The translations under genes were made by a program, and so were the position numbers. Shown here one piece after another: positions 1-13,400 of a stretch of DNA of 64,000 nucleotides; positions within the stretch are counted from its first letter, which is position 1, and each line of letters starts with the position of its first letter. The DNA comes from Fimbriosthenelais zetlandica. Its lineage: Eukaryota. The stretch lies in contig OZ365114.1 of NCBI GenBank assembly GCA_977030845.1, forward strand, positions 22,072,001 to 22,136,000. The letters run 5' to 3'. A model generated the notes under the pieces. That model saw only the letters and a program-made list of their open reading frames with translations, had not been told where the DNA came from and did not search any database.

Positions 1-168
1 AAACATTGATCCACTGGGATGAGCCAGTCACATTCTGAAAAAGAAATACTGGTACTTGACAAACTCCATCATCAGGGTCTTGCATGACTTGTCCAATGCT
101 CTTGAGCAATCCAGGAAATGTTCTGGAGAGTCCAAGGACAATCTGATGCACAGAAGGCAATTTTGTAG
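1..168 (-). CDS. Internal coding exon of a minus-strand gene that runs off the left edge (product unknown; possibly the same gene as the CUB exons)
   Basis: Acceptor tcattcag at 169-176; only the phase-1 frame is open to the window edge (TKLPSVHQIVLGLSRTFPGLLKSIGQVMQDPDDGVCQVPVFLFQNVTGSSQWINV); the other two frames hit stops. No domain recognised. Confidence 0.5.
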
Positions 169-205
169 CTGAATGACAAAAATATGTGAGAAACCTAGAA
201 CTCAC

Positions 206-271
206 TCGTGCTCGCAATCCTTCCTTCTTGTCTTTGAAGATGGCCGTATGGAAGACGTTCATTAACATCTT
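206..271 (-). CDS. 66-nt candidate coding exon (phase 1-1) upstream of the 1-168 exon
   Basis: Acceptor ccattatag, donor gtgagt; reads (E)DVNERLPYGHLQRQEGRIAST and joins in frame to the 1-168 exon. Confidence 0.45.
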
Positions 272-2206
272 CTATAATGGTAAAAAAACAGATAAATAGG
301 ATCAGTCAGCAAATCATAGTCATTGGTGGATCATCGTGAATCTAGAGCCAAATTATTAAACATTGACTGAAATGAACTGCTAATATAACTGTCAAGACAC
401 ATAGGAAAATATACAAGCTGTTGTCAGGATGTTTGGTGTACGTTTGAATACGAATGCACATTATCTGGTCTCACTCAGAGTAATTCGTTGGGAGTACTAT
501 TATCTAGTCAGAATAATAACACTTTACGTGTGGAAGCTATGTTGGAATCTATTGCATCACCATACACTTAGTACAGGTTAAGAAATAGTGGAATATAGGA
601 AGAGAACAAGAAAAGGATTTCTAAATGAAGGGAAATGCTTAAAATGTTTTACTTTCTACTTCTGAATTTGCAGGAAGATTAATCTCGCAAAAAATATGCC
701 CAGTGCGCACATTAAGATAGGATTAGGATAGGCCACATTATATAGAACAAAGACAATGGTCATGTAGAACTCTACAGACTACAGGACGACAAAAACATGC
801 TATTACATGACACACTCCGCTTATATAACTAGCCAACCAAGCAAGTTTTCTCTTATTGTGAAGATGGTATCATTCATGTATTACATTCATACATTCCAAC
901 CCAACAGATTCTACTAATAATTCCGAATTTAGTTCTAAACAAAAGGTTAAATAATTTAAACTTTAGCAGACACATTTTCTTAAGAAAATGAGTCAGAATT
1001 TATTTATTCTAGAGTTGTGCTTAAATCAATCTTTGTTTACCAAATGGGTTATCTAATTTCCTAGTCACGCCGCGCATTCCTTCATTCATGTTGGCCTTAC
1101 CTTCCATTTCAAAGTCTGCTCCATCATACGAGCAACGGAAATGAAAATGAGATACTTTCAAATATTTGAAAGGGTTTCATTTTAATGATATTTTCAAATT
1201 TTGGCAACGAAGAGAGAATCGATTCCTTTTCAAGCTTATTCTTTGCACTTGACAAACTAGACACCTGCACGCAAGAATAGTATATTAGTCTTAAGAAAGT
1301 ACCGACGTGATATATCACATAGTGAGCCTAGCAAAGAAATAAGATCTCATTATTTATTTCACTCCTTAAGTTATATATATAGACTTCCTTGCACCTTCGT
1401 ATATTTTTAGCCTACAAAAGGCAGGCTGCTAGCTAGGTAATTTGTGATGTAACAAAAGGTATGGAAATTAAGTCAATTCCTTAGCATGCCTATCATACGA
1501 CAAAAGGGTCGGAAGTGGCGGCGCATTGATGGATAGGGTTCTCTGAAGGAACTGAGAGGTTATTACTCTATTACAGAAACAGGGCCACAGGGAGATGGGC
1601 AATAACTGAGTGAGCAAAAGGTGTATACAGCCGGAGATAATGGCTAACTATTCCACATGCATAATAGGTTTATCATAAATATATAAATCAGTTTGGAAAA
1701 AGGATGGTGCAAGGAGGATAACTGCCCATTTTGTTCGTATAATATGGTTTCATGAAATCGATAGTTTAACATGTCGAATTGTGCACAACATTTACTCATT
1801 TTAGTGAATTTTCATTTGAGTCAACTTGATTCTTCATATTACAAATAACATTTTGTGATACAGACAAGATAATATCCACCATGATCACATAATCTCGTCC
1901 AACAACACAATTTACAGCAAGAATATCAATCGCTATTGCTAATCAATATTTATATAACATTAACAGTGAAAAAGTCAAAAGGTGAACATTTTGTGTAATC
2001 TCTTATGAACAAAACCCAGAAATGATAGATGGAACCATAGGGGAGGAGAGCAACTGATGGGTACATGTACAATCACTCCTTCCAGAAACCCAAATTATTT
2101 TAAACCAGATAAATATCACGATGTGTCTTCTGGGGTTAGAAGAAACATATGTATAAATGAAATACATGTACAAGATATAAATGAATAACTATTGATAAAT
2201 ACTTAC

Positions 2207-2418
2207 CTTTGTCAACAAAAGTAACATCGAACTCGTACCCCTTGGACGGGCGGGCCTTGTCCAGTTTGAACTCGACGAAGGCGGATTGACTTCGTGTAAT
2301 TCGTTTGACACGAAGTTGGCCATGCTCATAATGACCACAGAGAGTGGTGGGTGGTAGCCATGTGGGGTCGGTACTACAAGCTTCTGTGTCTGATATACGC
2401 AAGTAGCCCCTCTGACAA
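2207..2418 (-). CDS. CUB domain, C-terminal half exon
   Basis: Acceptor tttcag, donor gtaagt, phase 2 to 1; (D)CQRGYLRISDTEACSTDPTWLPPTTLCGHYEHGQLRVKRITRSQSAFVEFKLDKARPSKGYEFDVTFVDK fits the CUB pattern C..xYL.I.D...LCG....S...V.F....GF/Y; overlaps track ORF 2136..2402. Confidence 0.8.
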
Positions 2419-2613
2419 CTGAAACATAAGGAGGAACATTAATAACTACAGAAACAAAACTTGAAACGAATAAGAAGTAAATTACCGAAAACTATGGGCA
2501 AGATGCAGGCAGAACTTGACAATTTCAAACCTGTGATTGCTTCAGTTTCAGGATGAAGCTTTCTGATGCTGCTTTAAGAGAATAATTTAAACAGAACAGC
2601 AATGTTAACTTAC

Positions 2614-2815
2614 TCTTTCGTGTGATGGTCGTAGTTGCCTGCACGTATATCTCGAACATCTACATGTATAAACTGTTCTTCTGTTCCCTCAAAGCGGAAC
2701 CAGCAGTATAATGGTTTGCCCTTGTCTTCTGGTCGTACACTAGGCATACGCAATGTGAGTGGACCATCTGCTGTCTCGGCTCTCCTTTGGCCCCTTATGG
2801 TTTTGTTACAGTTCT
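2614..2815 (-). CDS. CUB domain, N-terminal half exon
   Basis: Polypyrimidine acceptor ttttttgcag, donor gtaagt, phase 1 to 2; NCNKTIRGQRRAETADGPLTLRMPSVRPEDKGKPLYCWFRFEGTEEQFIHVDVRDIRAGNYDHHTK splices in frame to the 2207-2418 exon, giving one full CUB domain with four canonical Cys. Confidence 0.8.
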
Positions 2816-3227
2816 CTGCAAAAAAAAGAAAAATAATTACAAGGTATTATCTTGTAGGCACCACATAGACTTAATATGCATATATTCACAGATCCAGCAG
2901 TTAGAAGTGACTGAAGTCAGTGAGCTGGTTTGCACCCCAGAATATATAAATTATCCCTGCACTCCTCCCCAACGAATCCACTATTCAGATACAAGTACAA
3001 GCCCACACAAAGGAAGTAAACCACTTTCTTTTCATACAAATGACCTTGGTCAGCTAACCCCTACCATGAGTATTCACTAGCCCCGTTTGAAACATTAATT
3101 TCAGACAGTCCTTAGGAGGGCAAAGTGGTGGTGACCATGCAACTGCAGTTTTGTCAAAACCTTGCATGCTTACTACGTATATCTACCGACAAGGGCTCCC
3201 CCTCAGGGAACCTAAGGCATTAATAAT

Positions 3228-4475
3228 TTATTGTGTAAGGGACGAGTGGAAGCTGTATGATAAATGAGAGGAGAGAAGGGGTAGACAATCAAAGTCGCTG
3301 AGCATAGAAGTTTCCTTATGCCGCAAACCCCATTTAAGAAAGACTAGAAAGATTAATTTCATGAAGTATGCATTTAATTTTGAACAAGGCTGTATGCTAT
3401 AATGTGACAACTCCCTGCTAAATAAACTATAGCCTGAAGACATTAGTGTACTAACAGCCAATTCAGGAAGAACTAGACTGTTGAAAGTATCATTTGTCTG
3501 CTGAAATTAACTTTCATCCATCCTGATTATCCACGTAGGTCTAACTGGGTTAAGGTTTCTAAGACCCAGCCCTATGTAAAATTTTGCGTTATAGATCTTA
3601 AAAGTTGCGTTGGGATTGAGGGTCGGGGAGCCGTACTCTAGGGGTTTTAAGTCATCCGCAGTTAGCTTTTTGGGTTTATTGGGGGCAAACCCTATACCTG
3701 TGATTACTTTCGACATCATTGGCTTGGGTTGCAATGTGCAAGACAGCATAAGGTGCTCTACTGTTTTGGTTAATATAGTGGTGTTCAATGGAGTGCTGAC
3801 TTCCTACTGTTTGCCTAATTCTTCTCCAGCCATCCATTCATCCATCTGATGTCATTTGATATCTAATAGAGTATCAAGAACAAGGGGAGTTTCCTAGACA
3901 TTGCTTTCATTGCTCCTCCAATAGCAGAACACGAAAAGGAGCCAACGCCTTGGCAGAGATTAATTTGTAGCAATTGTAGAGCCTGGAATAAGGAATTAAA
4001 GACAGCCAATTGGCACTGGGTCTTGTAGCTGGTGTGGAAAGGCTGGTCCTTCGGTCCCTCGCCAGACGGGAGAGATGGCTAATCCATCTTCATTAACGCC
4101 CACTTAATCGTAAGACTCTTCCTTCTCTCACTGTTGCGATGGAGACAGACCACCTCGGTTCTTGTGGGAAGGTCAGTTCTCCCTAGGGTCTGGCAGCAAG
4201 GTCTGTATATAATTGCCAGGAAAGGACAAGAATAATCGTTGGTGTGGATCAAATGGTTATGGGTCATATTGCTTAAGTGATCACCTAGCTTTTTGAAGAA
4301 TATTGATCCCCTCTGAGAAATAAAATGATGGATTAGCAATACTCGGTCTGCTGGACAGGTCTATAGTGCTTACGAAAAGACTATGGCCTTCTGATAATCT
4401 CTGATATTGCTCTTTGGGAAATGTCTTAGTATGCAGTACTTTCTTTGCCTTAAATAAATGTATTGTATAAAACAA
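3228..4475 (-). pseudogene. Decayed intronless ORF (~415 codons, about 2 frameshifts, few stops), family unknown
   Basis: Track ORFs 4281..4475, 3507..3788 and 3228..3461 share one frame (1 stop across 3228-3788); the gap is bridged by another frame open 4339-3867 with a single stop. No motif recognised. Confidence 0.4.
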
Positions 4476-7400
4476 GAGGTTAAAAGGCAGGAATCACAAA
4501 TTTTGTAATTAAATCTAAATGATACCATGACAATATAGGCCTACGTTTCTGGTTCATGTCACTCTGTATATATTTGTACGGGTCAATATATTATCTTATA
4601 GCATGATAATGCTAAACAGTGTTTATGAATATATAGGCCAATATAGGGTCTATAAGAGTGACGTCATATTGGCAACACTAAGCTAGCATGACACATGCCT
4701 ATCCGTCAGGCCAACTCTTCCCAGGCGACCACTGAAACATTAATCGCTGATCCTTTCTGATACGTCATTATCTCGCATAACAACGCGCGTGACGTTACTT
4801 GCGAGATGGGCTAGGACAACAGGTCCCTGTCCCAAATGATTGGGCCTTAGAGAGGGGGTAAAAGGCTGACTCGACCCATCTCCTCTCGTATGACTGAGCA
4901 GTCCTTCCTGCATGCAAATAGCTCCAAAATATGGGTGAAAATAGTGCAGCATCCATTTTGCACGCCCAAAAAGGCACATGAGTCATGATTGATTGGCGGT
5001 CAATTATTTGACAAAACATCCAATCAGGATTTAATCAAGCAGGTATTTGCTCAGCAGAGTTGTTGCTGCTGCAACTAAATGAATCCCAAATACGATTGCC
5101 AAAATTCTCAAGAAATTAAAGGATACTTGGTCTGCAATCCCATTTTGATTTTTTTAATAACTTTTTACCGTCTCATAATCACCAGTCACACTAGAATAAA
5201 GCATACTGATAAGAGTTTATTTCCTGTAACGTAACAAAATTGCCTGCCTGCAGATAGATATTAGCCAGGGCACTGGTGGCAATGTTCTTGAGCTTCTATA
5301 CCAATCCACACAGAGCAAAACTCGAGTGTGTTGGCAATATCTAGCCAGACCGATGAGAAATTATTTTTCAAAGGGTAACTGACACGTCCAGCTCATATTT
5401 CCACTGATCATGGTTAATTTGCACAAAACAATGAGAAGAGTCCCAAAGAAGAAGTAGAAAAAGTCAGACTGGAGATTATTGAAAGGATGATGAACAAAGG
5501 GAGTAGGATTGCATTGAAAGTCTTAATTAGATTGTTGGGAATATGAGAGCTCGGTTATGACAAAAACAACTATGTATAGGCAACATCCATCAGAACAAAG
5601 ATTAATATTTCTTGGTTGGACTGAAAAAGACAAAATAAACAAATTTAAACAGCTTTCATAATTTCCCACACACAACAGCAGTAAGAGTTTGTACAGAAAA
5701 TCATGATCATAAAGCATTTTACTGGATTACATTTTAAATAGTATCTAAAAGCCATGTATAATAAGACAGGCTGATTAGAATAATTAGATCCTCATAAATC
5801 CCCTGAATCTTCATATCCTTGCGTTATCTGCATGGGAGGAAGAGACAGCTCATCCCATCTTCCCATGGCTTTATGAAGGCCTCTCATAATAAAGAGCCTT
5901 AACCTTCTGAGCCTGATGAAATATTCACACTCTTGTCCCGTCACTATATGTTCTGATCTGAAAACAAGGGGGCTGCTTATACCAGTCGGACCTCATGTAG
6001 CTTACATGCTAATAATTACAGCTACATAAATTGCTGCGTAATTACTATAGTAAGAGCAATCTGTAAGAACTTTAAGAGGTGACTACAGAAAATGGTTGCC
6101 AAACAAGGAGAGGTACAAGATGATATATGCACCCTGTCAAACTGGATAATCCATCATGTTTAAATAATGATGAAGTGTTGGTTCATTGAGTTAATAGTTC
6201 CACTTCAACACTTCATAGAACAACAGCTGGTCAGCTCTTGCTGTTTGTGGAATTAATTATTTAAGTCTGAGATGACCATGGAAACAACTTGTTAAAGTCT
6301 AAAGACCATTCAAAGGAAGGAGCTAGAAGCCTCCTTGTCTAAGAGTGGATTAATTTCTGATATCTAATGAATAATGCATCTGTGATGCCTTTCGTCATGA
6401 TCTAGGTTCAGTTCACCTTTCAACAGTCCAAGGATCAAAGCAACCACTCCATATCCCAGCGGATTCTTTTCTTTACTCCTCCACTAAACATTCATTAAGA
6501 GTGCGCGCCCACCCAGGTTGGTCCAAGTGATACTTCTCCCGTGTAAGGACATGAAGTTGCTGGTCCTCATGCAATGTTCAATGATGTAGTTCGTGTGAGT
6601 GGCAAGATGAATAATCAATAATCTGAATTATTCACTGAGATAACTTTTCCTAATGTCAACATTAACTTTGTGTTTATTGTTCTTCCTAGTACAATTTAGC
6701 TACTACATAACACAGCAATCCTAAAGCAGGGAGTTTTGTTGCAGCAGCAGAAACTGAAAACTGTCTTGTTCTGGACAGAGAACTGTTGATCACCGGAGAA
6801 AATGAACATTCATTTCCCCAAGACATAAATCTCACACCCTGGGACCACGAGCTATAGACAGGAATAGAAGCATCACAGGCTAAATAGGCCCAAAACCCAT
6901 AGAGCTGTGGAGGTGTGCTCTTGTGAAGTTGTGCCTGGCCGGAAAGCTGAGCCACTTGTATTGGAGTTGTGCATGAGGAGGGACATTAGTTGATTGTCAC
7001 AAGACACCTTCTCCTGTTGGATGCTGGCAGCTAGCTGACTGATGGAAAACCCTGGCAGGAAATTCCAACTGAAGTGTCCAGGGACCTTTTTTGCGAATAG
7101 ATTCCGTCCTCTACTGTTCCCTTTCTCACGACTTGAGAACTTCTAATTGGTAGAAAATAACCATTGAGTTATGCAAGTTAGCATACTTTTGTCCTTCATG
7201 AGAAATCAGTCGTCGACGTATTTAAAAAGCTTTATATGAATCAGCAAGATGGACCAAAACCAACATAACATCCCCCTCTCCTTAAACAGGAAAACTAATC
7301 AGACAAATGCTGAATGAATGAAAATCGACTACGTTTAATGGCACATCCAAGAGGTGATCTACACAATTCTGTGGGGCGAGGAATTAAATACCAGACACGT

Positions 7401-10400
7401 TTTTTCCTGTTAGATGGGGCCGTAAACAGGCATGAAAACAACATAACTGCCTACACCTGCTTGTTTGTAAAGTATGATCATGTTCCCCCCATACACTAGC
7501 GCCCTTGTTCCCCTGACATTAACAGCTCATATTGTCCTTATGTGACTTATTGGAATGCAATGTTATGGACAATTGCCATCATTTATATCATGATCCAGTC
7601 ATGCTCACCTCTAAAAACTTGAAAGGGACCCAAGGACATGATATGAGCCATGCAAATACTGAGGAACAGGCTGAACTACATGTGTATATATGCTATATGG
7701 ATGATTCGTTTGTTATACAATTTTGTACAATTTTACAGAATAAAAGAGGACTTTGGGCACCAAATTTTATAGTCTCTCCCCCCTCGAAACACGGAAAACA
7801 GTACCGTGTAACTGTTAATCCATAGAAAAATACTCAATTTCCACACTGAATGAATATTCATATTCAGAAGTCTGAGTCCTTGCCATCACTGATCACATGT
7901 TTCTTATGAACTCCTTGATGAATTCATTAAATCTGACTTCCGAAATAAACCTGTTATCCTCCACTCAATTCCGGGATGTCAAGCAGTTAGAAAGAAACCC
8001 AAGACAGCTTTGCCAAGGAAATCAGTCCAGGCCTCTTAAAGGGAAAATTGCGCCTTCTCATACAAAATACAACAATATTCCCAAAGAACTGAAGAAAGTG
8101 CTTCCTAAACTTACAGGTGTGTTTTATATCAGAACTTGTTACACTCCAGGTTACTTTCATATCTGTTTGGGATGTTTTGCAAACATTACAGATGATGGTG
8201 GCAGGTTTGAAGTTGGATAAGTAAAAATAAGCCTTTAAAAGCAATAATAGAAATCATTGAAAGATCAATGTTAGATCAATAAACTGGTCCTGCCTTTCTT
8301 GAACTGCAGCAATGCCCTCAGTAGGAAATGCCGGATTGGACATAGACCTGAACCAAGTCCACAAGCTTATCTTTACCCTCCCTGCCCCGGGACTAACAAC
8401 CAAACCCCATCCATCCGGCCAACTTCTGACCTCTGCTGGACACAAACTAGTGGCCATTCTGAGAACCTCGGGGAAATCCATTTGCGCATGCGGCATGCCA
8501 AAACGAGTCTGGTCAGGCAGTGGTGCCCTTGGCTGACCGTTACAGGGGAATCAATGTGCCGCCTGGTGGAGTAGACCTGAAACTATGGCTGTCTTTGCCA
8601 TAGCCCGTGACCTGGAAGTACAAAGGTGTTTCGAGGTCAGTGCTCGATGTGTCGCTGGAGGATGTCCCACGGCTGATAATATGGCACATGCGAGGCGCCT
8701 AGCCATGTTCAGCCTGTAAGAAGAAGCAGTGAAGCAACTGCTTTCATATATATGGTTATTGATTCCAGCATTCAGAAAATATGACGTCCATACTAGACAA
8801 GAGAGTAATAGTGTCAATAGGGGAAGCAATCGTCCATTCACAACCCAATAACTAGCATAAATCATCCTCCAGAATTTCCGGGCACTGCAATTGGCATGCC
8901 CTTATACAGACCTTGATCTCCCAAGTGTAATGCTGATAAAAATATGCTTCAGCTCAACTAGAACAGTTTTCTAGACATCACTCCTTGCCCCGTTAGTTGG
9001 GGGTGTTACCAATCTCCACCACATCTGTCAAATACTTGTTCCCCACCCATAGCTCCATGTGGGAGGCAACCTACTTGCTTACTTGAAGGAAATGCAATCA
9101 TACAAAATGTATCAGCCATTCGTCTCACTGAATACTTCACTCTGCTATTTCTGTTCGCCACTACACTAGTAGAGGACAGAAGCCCCTGATGGGTTTGCAC
9201 TCATGATGGATGTGGTGTCCACTGGCACAAGCTGGTGGTCTCATTTTCATCCAACCCTTGTGCTTGTCCAGCCTAGTAACGAATGTGTATCTCCTTGTAG
9301 AATAAGTAGGCTATTGAATGGTAGGAAGTCTTTTTTCAGCCCCAGCACAGTAGTGCTCTTAATCGTAAATGTCCCCAGAGTACTTGGAACCAAAGTTCTA
9401 GGTCTGTATGGTTCCCGGAGAGGGCTCCCCCTCTTACTGCCTGAAGGCCTTTGTGGATTTAAGGCATGGATAATCATATTTCCTGCTGGGAATGTGGCAT
9501 TATATAGCCAAATAACTAAATGCTTGCAGCTCAACCAGAGTAAACTTGGGGTTTTAACACTCCTGCTTGTGGACAATTTTTCATTACCATTCTCCGAGAT
9601 CAGGCAACAAGTCTATAGATAGGATTGAAGACAGTCATTAAAGACATTGAAGACAGTCTTTAATTCAGCTAAACAAGGGAAACTGCTCATTGGTCATGAT
9701 ATATATCACATTTACTGTCCTTCTTTGTATAGGACCTATAATAGCCTTGGAACATCTATCAGTGTTCGTCCTTGGTTTACTCTGTCGTTGATGGAGAACA
9801 TGTAGCAAGACGGCGAGAAAGCTTGATGAATTACCAAGCTATTTCTAATGTTCTTGTTCAGCCTGATGTGCCACATATTATATAGCAGCTATATTGGCAT
9901 TGTTGAGTCTTTTATTGAGTTCTGGCTGCACCACAAAAGCCTAAAGCATGAGGTGGATTTATCATTGAGTCTACATGAAGATTTCGATTATACATGTAAG
10001 GAAATTTATCTGATTTTCTGGCTGTGAATCTGAAGCATTGATAATACAAAATGGAGGTCACTTTAAATTTGTTACCAATAATAAACAGTTCTCTAGTTCT
10101 TTCGTATCTACCACATTCGACAATAGTAGGGTCACGATTTGAAATGAGACAATCGGCAGATTTCCTCAAGCATTAATGCAATTCTTATCGATTTTCTCCA
10201 GGCCTAGCGTGATCGCATCTCTGTTGGAATGAACTCGTTTTTTCATTGTCATCGCAGGGCCAGGATCCACAATGGAACCATCTGCCCACTAGGCCCTGCT
10301 GACCCCTAGTTGGCCCATTCGTCCGAAGCACATATCTCCATGTGTACATCTGGACGTGTGGATAAACTGGCAATGGTATTTGTCTGTGAGGCAATGTTGA

Positions 10401-13400
10401 ATACCCATGTGACCCAGATGTGCCTTTTTCGTCGTCCTACGGATGCATAAATGTTGGGTTTAAAAGCCTTTTGACTGTCGCTCTTATTTTGTCCTATCAG
10501 GGACAATTGTTTTGATTCCATAGTATAAACTGGTTTCTAGTGGCCATCTGCTTTTCCAATTGCAGCCTTGCAAAATGACATGAGTTTTCTTCATTTACTG
10601 AGCATCAGCTATGATGGATTGACAGGGGACCACCACTCCACTAACGTATTTAGGTTCAATAGGCAAGCAACCACTATTGATTGGCGCCTTTTCAAACTAT
10701 TTCATTCCATTTCTTCACAGCATAAAACTTTTCCACAGGGATGGTCACTAAAAATTGTCTGGTCTCATCTGGTAAGAATATTTTTTAATGTTAGGAAGGG
10801 TATTCATCAGAAGAAGCTAGTCCTCTCTGCAGTAAAAGCATTATACAAAGACCTCTCGAACTGTAGCTCATATGGTCATATGGTCATACTCTACAACTTC
10901 TGGAAAATGTGGATCCCTTAAAGCTATAGATGTGCAATCTTATACACAAATAACCAAAAGGATAGAACAGAAAGGAGAGAACACTATCTTCACACATTCT
11001 GAATAAAGAGATATAAAATGTATAATGTGATTCAGCAACTAAATCCAAAGGTACCAGGAAAGCTCTGATCACGACCATAAATGGGTGATAAAAATGGGCG
11101 AGCAGTGTCTATGTCTCTTTTGATGCCATATAGATAGATTGATCTACCTTGCCTTATCCCCGATATTCTTTATTTTACAGATTTTTTCGGGGAAAATGAA
11201 ACCACATTTTCAATTCTTCTATGTCCTTGTACAAACATCTAAATGCTTTTGTAGGGCTTCAAACTCATTTTCTATTGATGGCTATATAACGGACATTCTT
11301 CTCTCTAGCTTTTGTCCTTCTTTGTTGAGTAGAGCAGGACTCCCATGGTATTGGATTCCTCTAAGACCACACTCCATCTGTCTACACTAGTAGGTAGACA
11401 TTAATCCTAATGAGTCTCAGCCATCCCCTCTCCCAACCCTGCCCACTTCTCAATCAGTGTGCCTCTCTTGTGTACACAGCAACTTGGCAGTCTGACGAGC
11501 TGTTATTGCACCTTTTGATCGGAGGACGAGGCAAGTAGGAGTCATGCAGGTTTTATATGCTACTAGCCCACCCAAGACAGCATTATCTCAGCTCTAATCC
11601 TGGCATGGACTAAGCCATTAATATACATCTAGCATTGAGGAAATACCGATAATAATAGCGGAAAAATAGATATGATCGACAAGAGGCCATAGGAATACTA
11701 AGAAAGAAGTCAGTGTGATAAACCTCTACAATTAAGAAATAGGATGGGAAAAAATCCCCCTCTACCTCAGGTGTAATAGGTCATTATTTTTCTTAAAACA
11801 TGGCCCTCTTAAAACTACAGCTGATTTATAGAGCAATAATGCTTCCATTAATTATATATATAAGATGGTCAGTCAATTAGAGGCTGTAAAACAAAGCTCT
11901 AATTCATCATGTTAAATAGGGCAACAGTATAAGGACGGGCTACATGCTCAATCTTTCATAAATGTATGAGCTTTAAATCATAGGAGCAACACTTAAAGTA
12001 GATTCACATCTACCCACAAGCATTTGACTCTTGTTGCGCTAATAGTCAGTGACCTGCTTATATATATTTTCGTGATGGATTAGTGTTGGATTATGGATTG
12101 CGGGATGATAGTATATAGTTATCTCCATGATTGATGATGATGGAGAAACTAATATAATATCTAGGTGGCTCACTAGCCTTAGACAGATCAATACACTCCT
12201 TAGGTAAACTAAGACAACCATAATTTGTATAAATTATGGCTGTGGATCACAAATTGGGTGAAGACACGAAGACTCCATTTCGAAACTTTAAGCAAAAGTC
12301 TCCGATAATCATATTGATCACTTAAACATTCGGCTTGTATATTTGATCCGACTGATTTGCACTGTAAAATAACAAAAAAGCCTTTGAGCAGAGGGCTGGT
12401 TATCTTGAGGGTGCCGTTATTTTTGAAGTTAGAAATAAAGGCAATCCCCGTTTAGCTTGTATGTATAGCCTTAATCAATACTTGATGAATGCCTCATAAA
12501 GGGGAGCTCTGCCCCTCATTTGTTTGTAAATCCTCAAGCTTGGCTGCTTGTGGTGAAAGGATTGAGATCAGAGTTTTGGATGTCCTCAGCATAAAAGCTG
12601 GCAGCACAAACATCCAGCAAGTTCCTACAGAATGGAGGCTGCTCCCTCCAGACCCAGTTTGAGGGGATCGCCTTTATGTCAACTAGTGTAGTGTGGCGTT
12701 ACAACGCTTAGCACTTGCATTTGCTTCCCTTTATTAAGCACAATTTAGTAGTAATCATGCGAAACCTTGCTTTCAAGTTACCTCCTGTGAAGACAGGCAC
12801 AGAAGGGCAATCAAAGACTGTTTCAGGACAATAGTTACTTCTGTCTTTGCCAATGACCTGGATTTTAAGATTTTGATGCCTGCAATTTTCAGTTGCATAT
12901 CTCAGGAATTCTATACAAATAACATGGAAGATAAGCTTCTACATAATATTATATAGGGATTGTATTTCTGCAGGGCCTTTGTCATCATTCCTGAATAGGC
13001 CAATTCAAAACCAACATAGCTATTCTACTGTAATTTTTTGTTCTGAAAAAGCATAGTCAAACAAAGTCATTTTTATGTAATAATCCGACTAGACCCAGCA
13101 ATCAAACCGTATTAGACTGAGAGACCCGCATATCTATTTCAATATTCTGGCAATACGAGCAATATGTCCCCCCAGTGCACCCCTGGGTAATATAGAAGTT
13201 CAGGGGGTACAAGCTTTGGCCCGTTTTTATGCCACGGTCATAAAGGGCTCTTACGAGTCGACTCACAACCCCAGAGCTTATAGAGTCTGTATTTATATGA
13301 AGTCTGGAAAGGCATCGACAACACATCCCTCCGTAGACATGCTGGACATCATAGCCGCCGTTTCATAATTCATGTAGTACAAATCCCAAGACTCTGGACC

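Noticed and set aside
7532-7825. CYMDDSFVI in a plus-strand ORF, resembling an RT YxDD motif (Penelope-like RYVDD.F.I)
   Set aside because: No convincing upstream G..MG..S...AN or other RT motifs in any frame; a 4-residue match is expected by chance.
13102-13326. INTDS and QSLYP in one ORF, recalling PolB motifs
   Set aside because: Order is reversed relative to PolB (SLYP precedes DTDS by hundreds of residues) and the catalytic Asp is absent.
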